A stretch of 64,000 bases of DNA from Octopus vulgaris (Eukaryota). Of the stretch, positions 25,757-39,760 are shown one piece after another. Position 1 is the first letter of the stretch, and each line of letters begins with the position of its first letter. The position numbers and the translations under genes are program-made. Where the stretch lies: NCBI GenBank assembly GCA_951406725.2, contig OX597821.1, positions 60,884,001-60,948,000 of the forward strand, read 5' to 3'. The notes under the pieces were generated by a model that was not told the DNA's origin, made no database searches, and was given only the letters and a program-made list of their open reading frames with translations.

Positions 25757-25803
25757 CTACTGGACTTGTTTCAATCTCGTTTTGGGATTTTATCAGCAAC
25801 TAA
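25757..25803 (-). ncRNA. Decayed type I HHR (G8A)
   Basis: GTTG-CTGATAA-AATCCC(aaaac)GAGATT-GAAAC-AA-GTC-CAGT. Confidence 0.55.
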
Positions 25804-26459
25804 ATACCCAGTTTGTAATGCCACTATCAATGAGACGTCTAGAGACATAAACATACTACTTTGCATATATAATGTATTCTTGACATCAAGTTCGAATAAT
25901 AAATTACTGTTTTATTAACAACAACTTTCTGTACAAAAGAAATAAAACCGTGCACATTAATATTATGTCACAAAGAAATAAAGTTGTGTGCAATTATATT
26001 TAATACGTTTGTTGTACATTTAGAGTCGATACAAGTCTGCTGCAGAAACTGTCCCAAGAGAGAAATTCACATTACGAGCAAGAGGTATAGCATCACACTA
26101 CACTGGGATGTGAACGCCATCATTTGATTATAAGAAACGTGTTTCTGCGTCGTTAGGCTTCATCAGTAACAGAAACCCAATTCATCTTCCATTGCACATA
26201 AATTTCAGACTTCTGATGTATGGAAAGCTTTGTCAAAATATAAATAAATAATTACAGGTATACTAAGCAACGATGATTAAAATAAAGCGGTGAACAGTTA
26301 TATTTAGCATGTTTGTGTACACTGAAACACCGAAAGAACTTCGCTGCCGAAACAGTGCCGTGGGAGAAATAAATTCTCTTTATAGATCATGTGTGTCAAA
26401 TCACACCGTGTTAAGCTATGAAAGATGACAACGGAGAGTAGGATAGATCTTAAACCAAC

Positions 26460-26462
<3 letters not shown>

Positions 26463-26528
<66 letters not shown>
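26463..26528. repeat. (AC)n microsatellite
   Basis: Direct inspection. Confidence 0.98.
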
Positions 26529-26963
26529 ACAAACGGAGGCGTATGTAAACCTGTTATTTTTACGTACACTCTCGTCGTTTTTACATACAGTATCAGCTAG
26601 ACATGTTACAGTCCTGTGTTGGGATTTTATACCTATATTTAGTCATTTACGGAGGCTCTGTTATAATTCTCCCTTTACTAAGATTTCGAATAAATTAAAT
26701 ATAGCAGTTTTCATACATAACTCATAGTTGACAGCAGGTTCGAGGAATAAGCAACGGATACGTTAAGAGCGTTTTGTTTCAATGCTGTAACTTACTATAA
26801 AGGCAATCTATATGAAGCGCAGGTTATTACGCCTCTATATACATAAATGTTAGCTAAAAATATATAGATAAATTCTGTAGATATAGTACAACACTGAAAC
26901 AATATATCATATTTTCTGTATATAGGAACAGATGTTTCTAGATCCAAATGACCGAAGCGATGT

Positions 26964-27009
26964 CTACCACTGAGGAGGCGAAGTTACGCTGAAACAATAT
27001 GTCATGTAG
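26964..27009 (+). ncRNA. Type I HHR motif, intact core, imperfect stem I
   Basis: CTACCA-CTGAGGA-GGCG(aagtta)CGCT-GAAAC-AATAT-GTC-ATGTAG. Confidence 0.65.
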
Positions 27010-27264
27010 CTCGATGAACTTTTACTCACTAAATCTATAAACAGATTTTTCTCTGACACAAAATCCTGCAGCGGATAATCTTCATGTTAAAAATAAACGT
27101 ATGCATCTTAATATTGCTTTCCGCTGTTTCCTGTCCTTGTACAATACACATACATACATATAAGCATATTTCGAGTATTTGTGAATAAAAAAATGAAGAC
27201 ATCAAGTTCAGTCCAGGTGCAGATGCATGGTTAGGTACGGATTTTATATTTTCATTATTGCATG

Positions 27265-27460
27265 TTTAAGGTCACGAACTGTCAGAATCATATGCACTCC
27301 GGATAAAATACTAAGTGATATTTCGCTGGTCTTTATGTTCAAAGTTCGAATTCCCCGGACGTGGACTTTACTTTTTATCCATTCGGACTCGATACATTGA
27401 GTACCAGTTAACCACTGGGGGCAATGTGATCGATTTGTCTTCTCCACCAAAATTTCAAGT
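27265..27460 (+). mobile_element. Decayed S3 SINE
   Basis: CAGAATC...AAATACTAAGTGATATTTCG...GACTTTACTTTTTATCC...AGTACCAGTTAACCACTGGGG. Confidence 0.65.
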
Positions 27461-27859
27461 ATGAATTGTACGATTAGTTTTACAGTTTAGTGACCACTTT
27501 GGAGGATAGTTTTTATTTAAATCGCTAAAGAATGTAAAACTTGCAGACACAAAATCGCAAAATATATTATAGGGAATTACTAACGAAAAACGTCAACAAC
27601 GCCCAATAACGAAACTTCTACTATTATCAGATACATAATGGTTTTGATGTACATTGAAACGGAATGGAAAATAAAAAAGAAAAGATAATAAAATATTGAG
27701 AATTCGTACGTAAGTAAGAGCAAGAAGTTAAAGGAAACCAAACCAAATTGCTGCAATTTCCCCAACTCCTTTAGTAGTCTGCGAAGCCGGAAGTCTCCTG
27801 AACGACATCCGCGAATGAGAATGTAAACGATTATCAGTCTTATGGCTGGGACAACATAC

Positions 27860-28197
27860 GTACATATATACATGCACACACACATAATATGTACATACAC
27901 ATATAAGTATGTGTGTACGTATATATACACGCATACATATATTTATGCATAAATATATAAATACATACATACAAATATATTTATATCTATCTGCATATGT
28001 ATGTATGTATGTACGTATGTATGTATGTATGTATGTATGTATGTATGTATGTATATGTATGTATATAAATGTATGTATGCATATATATATATATATATAA
28101 GGCACACATTAATTCAGAAACTGGGATTTAGAAAGAAGGATATATGTGAAGGTGTAATTGAAGTCGTATCAGTAGTTAATCAAATTCGGCGTCTGTT

Positions 28198-28237
<40 letters not shown>

Positions 28238-28253
28238 GCATGTATGTGTATAG

Positions 28254-28308
<55 letters not shown>

Positions 28309-28321
28309 TATAAAGAGATAC

Positions 28322-28358
<37 letters not shown>

Positions 28359-28365
28359 TATATAT
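27860..28365. repeat. Compound (TA)/(TATG)/(CA) microsatellite tract
   Basis: Direct inspection; comparable tracts at 21380-21563, 33257-33520, 34030-34520 and 42035-42615. Confidence 0.95.
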
Positions 28366-28627
28366 AAAGAAGGAGAGTAGGTGGGGGGGAGAGAAAAATA
28401 AATGTGCTGTATATGAGTGTACTTGTAAGCAATGTGGAATGTTCTACAATGATATCAGTGTTCTGTAGGACAGAGGAAGGGAACTAAGTTGAACTTCAGT
28501 TCCTCTATTTGTGTCATTCAACATCATGGTCTCACAGATATTTATTTGCGGATAGACTTATTTGGTGCCGAATCATAATGGTGATAGAATTATTAGAAGC
28601 TATTTTAACTAAACTAGTACTAATAAT

Positions 28628-29383
28628 CTTTTCTACTCTAGGCAAACAGCCTGGATTTTGTGGGGAGGGAGAGAATCGATCACATCGACCTCCAGTGCGT
28701 AAGTAGAACTTAATTTATCGACCCCAAAAAAACAAAGTTGACTTCGACTGAATTTGAACTCAGAACGTAGCGGCAGACGAAATACCCATGTCTTTACTGC
28801 CCACAAAGGGCTAAACACAGAGAGGACAAACACAAGGACAGACAAACGGAGTAAGTCGATTATATCGACCCCAATGCGTAACTGGTACTTATTTAATCGA
28901 CCCCGAAAGGATAAAAGGCAAAGTCGACCTCGGCGGAATTTGAACTCAGAACGTAGCGGCAGACGAAATACCCATGTCTTTAGTACCTACAAAGGGCTAA
29001 ACACAGAGAGGACAAACACAAGGACAGACAAACGGAGTAAGGCGATTATATCGACCCCAATGCGTAACTGGTACTTATTTAATCGACCCCGAAAGGATGA
29101 AAGGCAAAGTCGACCTCGGCGGAATTTGAACTCAGAACGTAGCGGCAGACGAAATACCCATGTCTTTACTACCCACAAGGGGCTAAATACAGAGAGGACA
29201 AACAAGGACAGACAAACGGAGTAAGTCGATTATATCGACCCCAATGCGTAACTGGTACTTATTTACTCGACCCCGAAAGGATGAAAGGCAAAGTCGACCT
29301 CAGCGGAATTTGAACTCAGAACGTAACGGCAGCTGAAATACCGCTAAGCAACGTGCTAACGCTTCTGCCAGCTCGCCACCTTT
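28628..29383 (-). mobile_element. S3 SINE tandem array: head + three ~186-bp body/tail-B units + one older tail-A unit
   Basis: GAAATACC recurs at 28779, 28965, 29151 (period 186) and about 29335; the three units share the private variant CCCATGTCTTTA. Confidence 0.92.
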
Positions 29384-30046
29384 AAAGTAATACTAGTAAT
29401 AACAGTAATAGCCACAGAGCATCACAAATTGTAATAATGTAGATTATAATTTTACTTTCGATGCAATAATTGTAATAATGATTCGCAAACCTTTATGCAG
29501 ATATTCTATATTATTCACTATGCAGTTGTATTAATTGGAAAGGTGGAAATAGTCAGAAGTAATGATAGTACCATAAAGCTATAATATCATGATATTAATT
29601 ACTGCATTGTAATTAGTGGAGCTTGCAGTAGTGTATCATCTACATTGATAAAGTTGATAGTAGTAAAATAGAAAATTGATTTCGAATTACTCGTTATAGT
29701 TAATAATAAAATCGAATAGAGCTTCAGATTGGATTATTAGAAATAGTAAAGAATTCAGAGGTTTTAGTGCAAATTCCATGTGGCAACAGCAATCAGCTCC
29801 AAAGGAGAAGAGGACATAATCTGAGGAAGCAAGCATAACCCGAGATTGACATACCATTAAGAAAATGTCTGAATGTCTGGAGGCAAGTGGGAAAGTTCGA
29901 ACAAGTGTTTCTAACACTGAGACGATTTCAGCACATTAGTTTTATTCACAGACACACACAAACACATACACACATATAGACACACGCACACGCACCCTCA
30001 CACAAAATAGAATGAATTATATAACTATGCGTATTTGGTCTGCTAC

Positions 30047-30091
30047 TCTAGGCCGATGAAGGACAACGATCCTGAAACACGTGTCCCTAGA
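30047..30091 (+). ncRNA. Type I HHR with U4C core variant
   Basis: TCTAGG-CCGATGA-AGGA(caacga)TCCT-GAAAC-ACGT-GTC-CCTAGA; all three stems perfect. Confidence 0.8.
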
Positions 30092-30313
30092 TGCAGTTTC
30101 GGCAGCCGGGGGTGTTTGTCTCCTCTTCGTATATGTATATAAGGACACAGGAAAAATGTGTCAAAGCCACCAGGAGGCGTTCGATGCTTCCTAGGGCTAT
30201 ACAGCGGTGGTGTACCCACTACTGTCACGCTCTTGTTAGATTGACAGTATACAACCATTCTATCGCCCCACCACCGTACATGTCTCTACGAGAGATTTAG
30301 AAATTCAATATTT

Positions 30314-30351
<38 letters not shown>

Positions 30352-31125
30352 CATATATAAATTTATATTTTGGTCGAATTAGCCTCATGTTGCTCAGAGT
30401 TTTGAGTAAGAATACACTGAATAGCAAGAGACTAACTCTAATCTCGACCATGGAATCGAGTACGCTTTCTTCTCACAGTCAACAGTAAACGTGTGTATGT
30501 GTGTGACATTGTGTGTTAGTTTGTGTGTATAAGATAGATTCATGTATTCTACCATTTTACCATTTCAACACATAATCTCATAAGAACTATAAACAGAAAA
30601 AAAGCTTTATTTATAATGATTAGATGTGTCGATTGCTGTATGCAGAATATTTTCCACTAAACTCAGTTTCCTTCCTCATAGAAAAGAACCGAGGGTCAAT
30701 TGGCAAAAGAATGGGGGAGATGATTCGAGAATTTAAAAATTAATATTTCGAAGTTAATTTACATGCTTAAGGGAAGAAAAATCGGATCAGTTGTTGTCAC
30801 AGTTTTTGGGATTTTAAAACTATGTGAAATTTTTCAAACTTGGTATATTGCATTTTTTTCACGCTTAATCTGATGTTGTTCACTTGATCCAGAACAATTA
30901 CATAAAAATGTTAAAGTGGTTTAGAGTTTGATAATTTTTACCCAATGTAAAAATAGAAACTGGAAGCTGGCATTTTGTGCATGAGAGTTATCTAGCACAA
31001 CATTACTACGACAAAAAAGCAGCATAGACCCAATGATGAAAGTTGTAAGGAATTTTGAAGTTTTAATAATTTTAAATGAATAATATCAGAAGAAACGTTG
31101 GAACAGGCAATATAAAAAGGAAAAA

Positions 31126-31544
31126 TCCTTACTCTTTAACTTGTTTCAGTCATTTGACTGTGGCCATGCTGGAGTATGTCGAGCGATCGACCCCAGGACT
31201 TAAGCTTTTTAAGTCTAGTACTTATTCTATCGGTCTCTTTTGCCGAACTGCTAAGTTACGGGGACGTAAACACACCAGCATCGGTTGTCAAGCGATGTTG
31301 GGGGTCAAACACAGACACACATATACACACACATACATATATATATATACATACACACACACACACTGATATATACATATAGGACGGGCTTCTTTCAGTT
31401 TCCGTCTACCAAATCCACTCACAAGGCTTTGGTCGGCCCGAGGCTATAGTAGAAGACACTTGCCCAAGGTGTCACGCAATGGGACTGAATCCGAAACTAT
31501 GTGGTTGGTAAAGAAGCTAATTATCACACAGCCACTCCTAAGCC
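31126..31544 (-). mobile_element. S1 SINE
   Basis: Full-length reverse complement of S1. Confidence 0.9.
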
Positions 31545-31965
31545 TATTACAGAAAATTTTTTTGCAAATAATTACAACACCCACCAAACTGTACGTGGAA
31601 TTAAAACAAAAACCTACAAAATATACGTTAAACTACAAAAAACAAAAAGAGCAAAAAATGTCTGCTATACTATTGTAGTTCAGTTCATGCAAACAATTGA
31701 TATAATTTTGTTAGCAAAAATTCACAAAAGAAAGTTTAAGACATACTGTAAGAATTTCTCAAACAAATTACAACATTCGTATCGCCTGCACCACATGAAG
31801 TCGCAGAGATACGAGTCAATACAAAAATGAATAAACAATATATAATAAGTAAAAAGACTACGTACGTTTCATGGCTCTTTCTATAATTTTTATATATATT
31901 ATATATTCATATTGTGAAATTTGATTCAATACTAAATTGAATTTTTCTCTGTAAGCTTGGAGTTA

Positions 31966-31967
<2 letters not shown>

Positions 31968-31997
<30 letters not shown>

Positions 31998-32021
31998 CTT
32001 CTTCTTCTTCTTCTTCTTCTT

Positions 32022-32110
<89 letters not shown>
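31968..32110. repeat. Compound (TTC)n(TTA)n(TA)n microsatellite
   Basis: Direct inspection. Confidence 0.98.
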
Positions 32111-33254
32111 CATTTAAAGTTCACAATACATTTATTAAAGCGGTGTTAAAGGAATAGCATTTATCTCTCACCAGAGAGAATATTCTTATATATATACATA
32201 CATACATGCATACATACATATATACATACATACACTTGACGGTTGCAAGTCGATTTTGAGTAATGCCATAACTTGATTATTCCCTTTAGCCCCAGCAGTA
32301 CAGATTTAGCTTTTCAATTTTCCTAAGGACCTACAGTTCTTTGCAAAGATGTGAGAATACTGGCTACATTTAGGAGGAGCTGTTCATGTTGCTTACCATC
32401 CACCATTGCCTTCAATTCCTTCCTGGAATGTTTCAGTGAGATTTGCATTTCTTGGCTGCAGCCAGCTATAATATGCAACTCATAATAAAGTTGTTTAAAA
32501 TCATGCCTGAATGCTTTTTAAAATGAGAGAAGGTGGCCTAGTGTAGTGCCAATCCCGCCTAAACAATATAAGAGTTTGTCCATAAAGAAGAACTACCCTA
32601 TATCATTGGACACGAACAATCTTGCAGTTGTTACAACAGAACTTTTCTTCTCTTAGAGATATGACTGACCAAAGTCTAAGTATTTCTCACTCCTAGATGC
32701 TAGATGGCCGTTGATTCTACTGTGTTCATCCACACATTAGCAGGTTTAAGTTTTCATCCGGTACGGTGTCCAACGAAAACCAGCCTCCTAGGTTACTGAT
32801 TTTGTTGCTGACAGAGTAACCATGCAATCGGTAAAGCTAAGAATGACCTGACATGTATACACACACATAGACGCACACACACATACACACGCACATACAC
32901 ACACAAAGGGATAAATATGCCTTTCGCTCTCAACAGTTTGGATGGAATTGTAGAGATATAATTATATTATACGGCGTACGGCATGATTCGTGTATCTTTA
33001 AACCCGGCAGACCCGGTGGCAGTGCAAGCCTGAGCGCAGCCAATTTCTCACTGAAGAGAGATGATAGTTAGGCAAGAAAGAAGTACGAAAAAAGAGAAGA
33101 ATCGATTTTAGTAAGGGACTAATACATTGTTTAACGATGCCGAAAAACAGATTTGGTCACAGCGGAATTTGAATTCAGAGTGTAGAATGATTAGCCGGAA
33201 CGATTAGTGGTAAGTAATCTAGTGAACGATGTAACGCCTCTGCCAATCGATCTT

Positions 33255-33291
<37 letters not shown>

Positions 33292-34207
33292 AACACCCCC
33301 CCCGCACACACACACACACACAAACACACACATACACACCCTCTCTCACTCTCGTCCTCCCACTCGCACAAAGACATACTCACTCTCACACAAATACTCA
33401 TAAACATGTGTATGTATGTATTCGTGCGTGTATGTATGTATGTATGTATGTATGAATGTATGTATGTATGTATGTATGTATGTATGTATGTATGTATGTA
33501 TGTATGTATGTGTGCATGTGTGTATTTATGATAGCTTTATGTATATGTCCGTGTATTTCTGTGTGAAATACTAATAATAAACATGCTCATTCTGATGTAT
33601 GCATACTTTTATGAATTTCATTTATAAAATATGCACATATGTACATAGGCAAAAGCGCATACACGTAAATGCACACGCCTATGTGTACATGCAAGTGTGT
33701 GTGGGTGTGTGCGTGTATAAATCAATGAACACACAATATTAAGGCCTGATATAATACTACATAGATTTAAGCATGTGATTCTACAATATTGTCCTTTCAA
33801 TAACTCTGCAGGCTATGTTGATCATAAAAATATCTTTATAGTTGCGTCTCTGTTTGATGTTTTCACAGGTTTGCTTCGCTGAAATTTTTCTTCTTAAAAA
33901 CTGTAAATGTATTTCACGGTACACTTTTAGATCTCAATGTATCCTCACTCTACTCATTCATTCATTCAAGCTGCTAGCTGCACATCCATTCTTCTATCTA
34001 TGTATAGCGCAGACATATGTACACACACGAGCATAAACATATACGTATATATACATATATAAATTATACATAGATTTACACACATATAGAAATACACATA
34101 CACACATACATACACGCATATATATGTATATATCCATACATATATATATTCATATATAATATATATGTGTGTATATATATAAATATTCATGTATGTGAGT
34201 ATATATA

Positions 34208-34239
<32 letters not shown>

Positions 34240-34389
34240 GCATAATATATATATACATATATATTCATATACATACATATATATTATAGTATATATATAT
34301 ATATATATATAACTTTTTAATTAGTTTCACCATGAAAGTTGGGGCACGTTGAAACACTTCCGTTCTCTCTCTCTCTCTATATATATATC

Positions 34390-34424
<35 letters not shown>

Positions 34425-34433
34425 AAGTATATA

Positions 34434-34465
<32 letters not shown>

Positions 34466-34467
34466 GG

Positions 34468-34500
<33 letters not shown>

Positions 34501-35352
34501 GTGTATGTATAGATGTATATTCGATTGCGTAGTCGTTTTACTAGTAGCCATTATCCATTAAAGTATCCAAAGCATCAGAACACTGAGAATTGGCAGCAGA
34601 ATTAGTGGTGGTTGTCTGCCGCTGGCGATAGCAATGATGTGCTTTTATGCACCAAAAACCATTCGAGAGTTTTTTTTTCTCTGTTGGCAAATATCGCAGT
34701 ATTTGTGTGTTCTAACGCAACATCCACTTTTAAGTGGTGAATATTTTCCTGTTGCTATCAATACTGCTTCTGTCGCTCTCTTTATTCTTTGATATTTATT
34801 TATTTAATATATTTGCTACAAAACTTTTTTATGTTTTAGTCTTAATACCTTGTGAAAATGTTATATCGAACTTCGCTATAGTTTCATGTTCAGAATGATA
34901 CTAAAGGGAAACTTACTGTAGACTTATATATACATGTTTTGTTCTGACGCAGAAACGTCTGCGGCTTTTAAAAATATGAACAAGATCATTATTAGTTGAT
35001 TAATGACGGTCATTTTTATGAGCCAAACCTGGTCACATTGTATAATTCGTAATTGTGTGGCTCTCATTCGGCAGCGAATTAAACAAATAGCTGCTGAATG
35101 GGAAGTAAGATGCGTCCAATAGATATGAATAGTTTCTTTCTTGCTTGAAATTCCAGTAAAATGAAAACTTTTAGTGGAATGTTGTAATATGTGAAGCTTC
35201 TCAGACAGAGAAAGACTATATTTTGTCATAGGTGAAACTTTAAGTAATGCAAATCACTGAATCAAGCTAAAAACACATACATTTATATCTCCACAACATA
35301 AGTTCCTTTGAAGGTGTTTTAATTTATGCATATTCACAAACACTCATACACT

Positions 35353-35383
<31 letters not shown>

Positions 35384-35830
35384 ACTTTCCGATTTTTATA
35401 GTAAAAAGAATACAAATAAAGAACAAGTTATATACTTTATCTAGTTATAAAATTTAGATCGCGCTTTCCTCATGTAAATTCTAAGGTATTTTCGAAATAT
35501 CAAATGAAATAATTTATGTTTATTTTCTTTTATGGTCATAGTATTTAGATTAAACAGTCTTTGGAAATACTTTTACATTAACATTTATGAAGTATCTTCA
35601 TAACACTAGTATGTGTCGTATACTGTTTTATACACGGACAACATTAAAACACACGTTTCATAATATTAGTTATCTGCATTTGTGTGCATGATCGTATATG
35701 TGTGTGTATGTAAGCATGTGTGTATGTAAGTGAGAGGGAGTGCAAGAGAGAGGAAGTGCAAGAGAGAGGGAGTGCAAGAGAGAAAGAGAGAGAGAGTGGG
35801 AGTGTGAGAGAGCGAGATAGAGAGTAAGGA

Positions 35831-35877
<47 letters not shown>

Positions 35878-38800
35878 AGAGAGATGTATAATGCAGAAGA
35901 AACAATTTCCGGATGAAAGAAGTGGCTTGTTTGGACCAGAAAGGCTGCTTCATAATTCAAGTTAAATATTTTACCCTTGAATTTCGTTTTTGCATTAAGA
36001 TGCTAATTACGACCTCGTCCCTTTGCCTGCAGTCCTTGCAGCAAGTCCCTATGTTTATAAATAGCTCTCTGGGTTAGTCTGAAATTAAACTTGTGTATCT
36101 ACAATGCCCATCTAATAAGTGTAACAGCCTAATAATAATAATAATAAAGGCTTTTAAAATAATTTTATGGAATTCATCAGCTGCAGCTATCTCTAATTTT
36201 AATTATTGATTAACTTTGAGCATAAAATTCTCCGTTAGATTCTGTGTTTTGTTTGTCGCTTTATGGTTTGCTTGCTAATTTCTTTGGTTAAACACCATCA
36301 ACTGCATTAATAAAAAGAGGCCAATAATTTCTTTAGGAATTAATAATTATAACGAAGTCTTTGAAATGTTTTACTTGATCTAATCGACTTTATTGCAATA
36401 ATTAAAGAAAGTAATACTTTTGTCACGTCTGAAACTTTTAGTTGGCTTTGCTACTTATAGCTGCTGACCTTTGCTGACATACTTAAATCTATTTTGCACT
36501 TGGAGCAGTCTAAACTCGATTGAAAGTTATTAAACTGAAATCAAGCCATTTGACTGGCGTATATAAAGGAAGAAAGTGATGAATATATCACAGTAGTTCT
36601 ATTACATTTTATCTTCCTTTGACCAGTGATGCATCGCAATATCGATAGTTGATGTAATTGCTAGCAGAATCACATCGTTCTCTGTGATCTTCTTTTGCGG
36701 AGTAATTTTTCTTCCAATATTGGCAAATGGAAGAAGCAACAGCGCAACATCCAAGGAAATATAATCAATTAAATATCAAGTAGTGAGTCCATCTGAGATG
36801 ACTATTGTTTCTTCCCTTAACTTCAATGTTGTTGGATAAAACTTCTAACGCAAATATTACTTATACCAACACGTAAGGGAAAAGGGAAACGTAAAAGTTA
36901 ATATGATCTATGACGCGTCTCAAAAATTGTTTAGAATTATTTTTCTGAATACATTTTCCCTCTCGAATATCATATCTGCAGAGTCTTCTATGGGAAACTA
37001 TGTGAGTAAAGTTAAATGTGTGGAGCTATCTGTATAGCTATAAATGTATTAGAATATTTCGGCATACTTAGCTATGTAAGGGTGTAGTTTTAGGCAACAC
37101 TTTCTTTTTCACGCCAGACAAATGCATAGAATTGATTATTTTGAGCTAAGTGATTAGACATAACTGTCGTATTTGATTGTAATATAGCTGTGGCTATATG
37201 TTTATTAAGTTATACTTCTCGATTTAAATATTTAAAATCAAGTAATCTATTAATTATTATGAATGCTATTATTCAAAAGTTTTCTTCCGACGAGAAAATA
37301 AAATACTATTATTTAGATAAACTTAGCTTTCGTCTAGTATGAGTCGAGGCCATGTGTTAGTGTATGGTGTATCTGATATTACTTAGTGGTAGTTGTCTTG
37401 ATACGGCTTAAAAGGAAGTGGAATTTTTCACCCTTGATTTGTTTCGTGATAAAACTAAATAGAATCGGGCAAGTTAATGTCAACAAGGCATTCCTCAACA
37501 TCGTTATATGCTACGATTCTTCTAGCGAGATACGACGTTTCAGCTTCAGATGATTTTAAACTCGACGCTGTTGGTATATTTTCTAAATTCTCCATATCAC
37601 CCATCGAATAATGCTTGAGAATTTTCAGGTTTTCTAAGTAAATAATGCTTGTCATAATAATTATTTACTTTATAATTGAGCGTTGAGGCACCTCAGTTCA
37701 CACAATATTTTGATTTCATACGGAAACTACGTGAAGCCGGAGTACTTTAGGTGATTTTAAGCAAGGTAGTGAATAGAAAGATGATGGCTTCAGGATCTCT
37801 GGACTGAAATGTTCTGAGGATTCATGAGCTTACCTATTAGAACTAAAGCGATTTCATTGTTGATACAGGCTGAGACAATAACTCCTAGACCTCACATATC
37901 TACTAGTATACCTTTTCAAAGTGGATGAGTTGTGAGCCAGACATTAATTTGCTGTGTTATGACGTTTTTGATCTTCTAGAATTAAGTTCAACACTGTGCC
38001 TCGGAGCACAATGCTAATGGCGTTTATCCTGCTTGAATGAACTTTTTTTATAATAACATGCTGGAATATGTTCACAAGAGAATATTTAATTCGGTGCCAT
38101 ACTTTTCCTCAGACTCCAAATGGTGAACAGAATTTTCAACGGGATGTCGCAGTTAAATCTTTGGAAGGCTATGTTGAAATCAATATCTATGAGAGCTGTA
38201 TATCAGCCCGCTCCCAAAGTCTCTTAACTAACATCCAGAACGAGGTCTAGAAGCTGTGTCATGTCGTCTCTGCAATTTATGAAGTAACTGCTATCCTGAA
38301 AACAAATTATTCTTCATTTTATCTCCTTGTCAAATACTTCAATAATATGAGAGCTAAACTCGTGTGCTACATTACTGCAAGCTACTTATATCCGTTAAAA
38401 AAAATGAGTTGATAGAAAATGTTCAAGTATACTGGTTACTCTACAGGCATTCTCTATAGATTACCTAAGAGAGAAGCCAATGCTAGCACGCCTTCAGAAA
38501 ACTAACGAAATTATTATCAGATTCTATCCACTTTAATGTTATTTGTTGCTGCTGTGATATCCGATGAGTGATTCACACTGCCTAAGTCAATTTTGGTGGG
38601 AACGATGAACATGGTACAGTACCGTACCAGCAGAATCACCTAAATCTCTAAGATATATTTGTAAAGAATACACTCTTCATGAAACACTGAACTAATGCAT
38701 TAGACACGAGCTTGGGAAAACGGGAAGACATTGGCGTCTACTTAATTTTCTCAATATCCTAGTATTCGTCTATGGCCTTTTGAGGAATATGGATAGTACT

Positions 38801-39459
38801 GATAGCTTTAAATCAGTAAGTATTATCATCAATACAGGCCATTAAGGTGCAGAGGCTTCTTTGCTATAAACGACGTAGTTTCAGAAAGACTTGAAGTATA
38901 AAATTGCAAATAACTTGGATAAACACAAAAGGGTCAATATCTTTAAAATTGATATTAAAATAATGACAATAAATTTTGTCTATCCTGGATGAATGATTAT
39001 CATATTATATTCAGCTTCTAGAACTTATTTCAAAGTACACTACAAATGAACGTTGCAGCAAATGCAACATTAAACCATTCAAGACGTTAGACAAACAGTT
39101 TGGCTGTCAAGAGACAAGTTGTACCAACCATACATTACGTTACACAATCAAGAAACAACAATAACGCAAGCACTGTTGAAGATAAATTTCCTATTGGACC
39201 TTAAGTATATATATGTATATATATATATATATATACACATTGAGCTTATAAGAGGTAATGGTATCATTGAGACCCAAAGGTGTCAGGTAATGCTGAATAA
39301 GTGCTATAAATAGACCATAGTTAAGTTCCAGGCTCGGTAATTTTGCGAATAAGGGGTTCAACGTTGGTCATATGTCAGCGTGTGTATATAAAAGTTTTTT
39401 TGTGTAATGAGATAAAAAACCAAGGATGTGTAGATATTTAGAACATTTATAGATAGAGG

Positions 39460-39511
39460 GTCTTACAGCTGTTTCCAGGATATTTATTAATTATATCCCT
39501 TCATCGGAGAC
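39460..39511 (-). ncRNA. Type I HHR with U4C core variant, inside a PLE-type terminal fragment (about 39310-39745)
   Basis: GTCT-CCGATGA-A-GGGATAT(aattaataa)ATATCCT-G-GAAAC-AGCT-GTA-AGAC; palindromic ACAGCTGT. Confidence 0.75.
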
Positions 39512-39760
39512 GGTGTGAGAGGATGGTTAAGTAATACTTAATTTACATAGGATATAAAATAGAGAGTGAGGTGGAGGAAAGAAATGTAGATATATTGAAG
39601 TTGTAGATCCATTTTTTAGGCAGAATGGTATATATGTAAAATTCCAATACCTTATGAGTGAGATACAGCAGTATCTAAACTTGGTCATTCCAAGTACAGA
39701 ATTTATACACAGTGTTTCAGATTCAAAGGTTTATATTCAAAGTGTATATATATATATACA

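Noticed and set aside
28754-29340. Regular repeats and a 156-aa repetitive ORF resembling a CRISPR array or repeat protein
   Set aside because: Units are contiguous 186-bp SINE bodies with no unique spacers; eukaryotic context, no cas genes.
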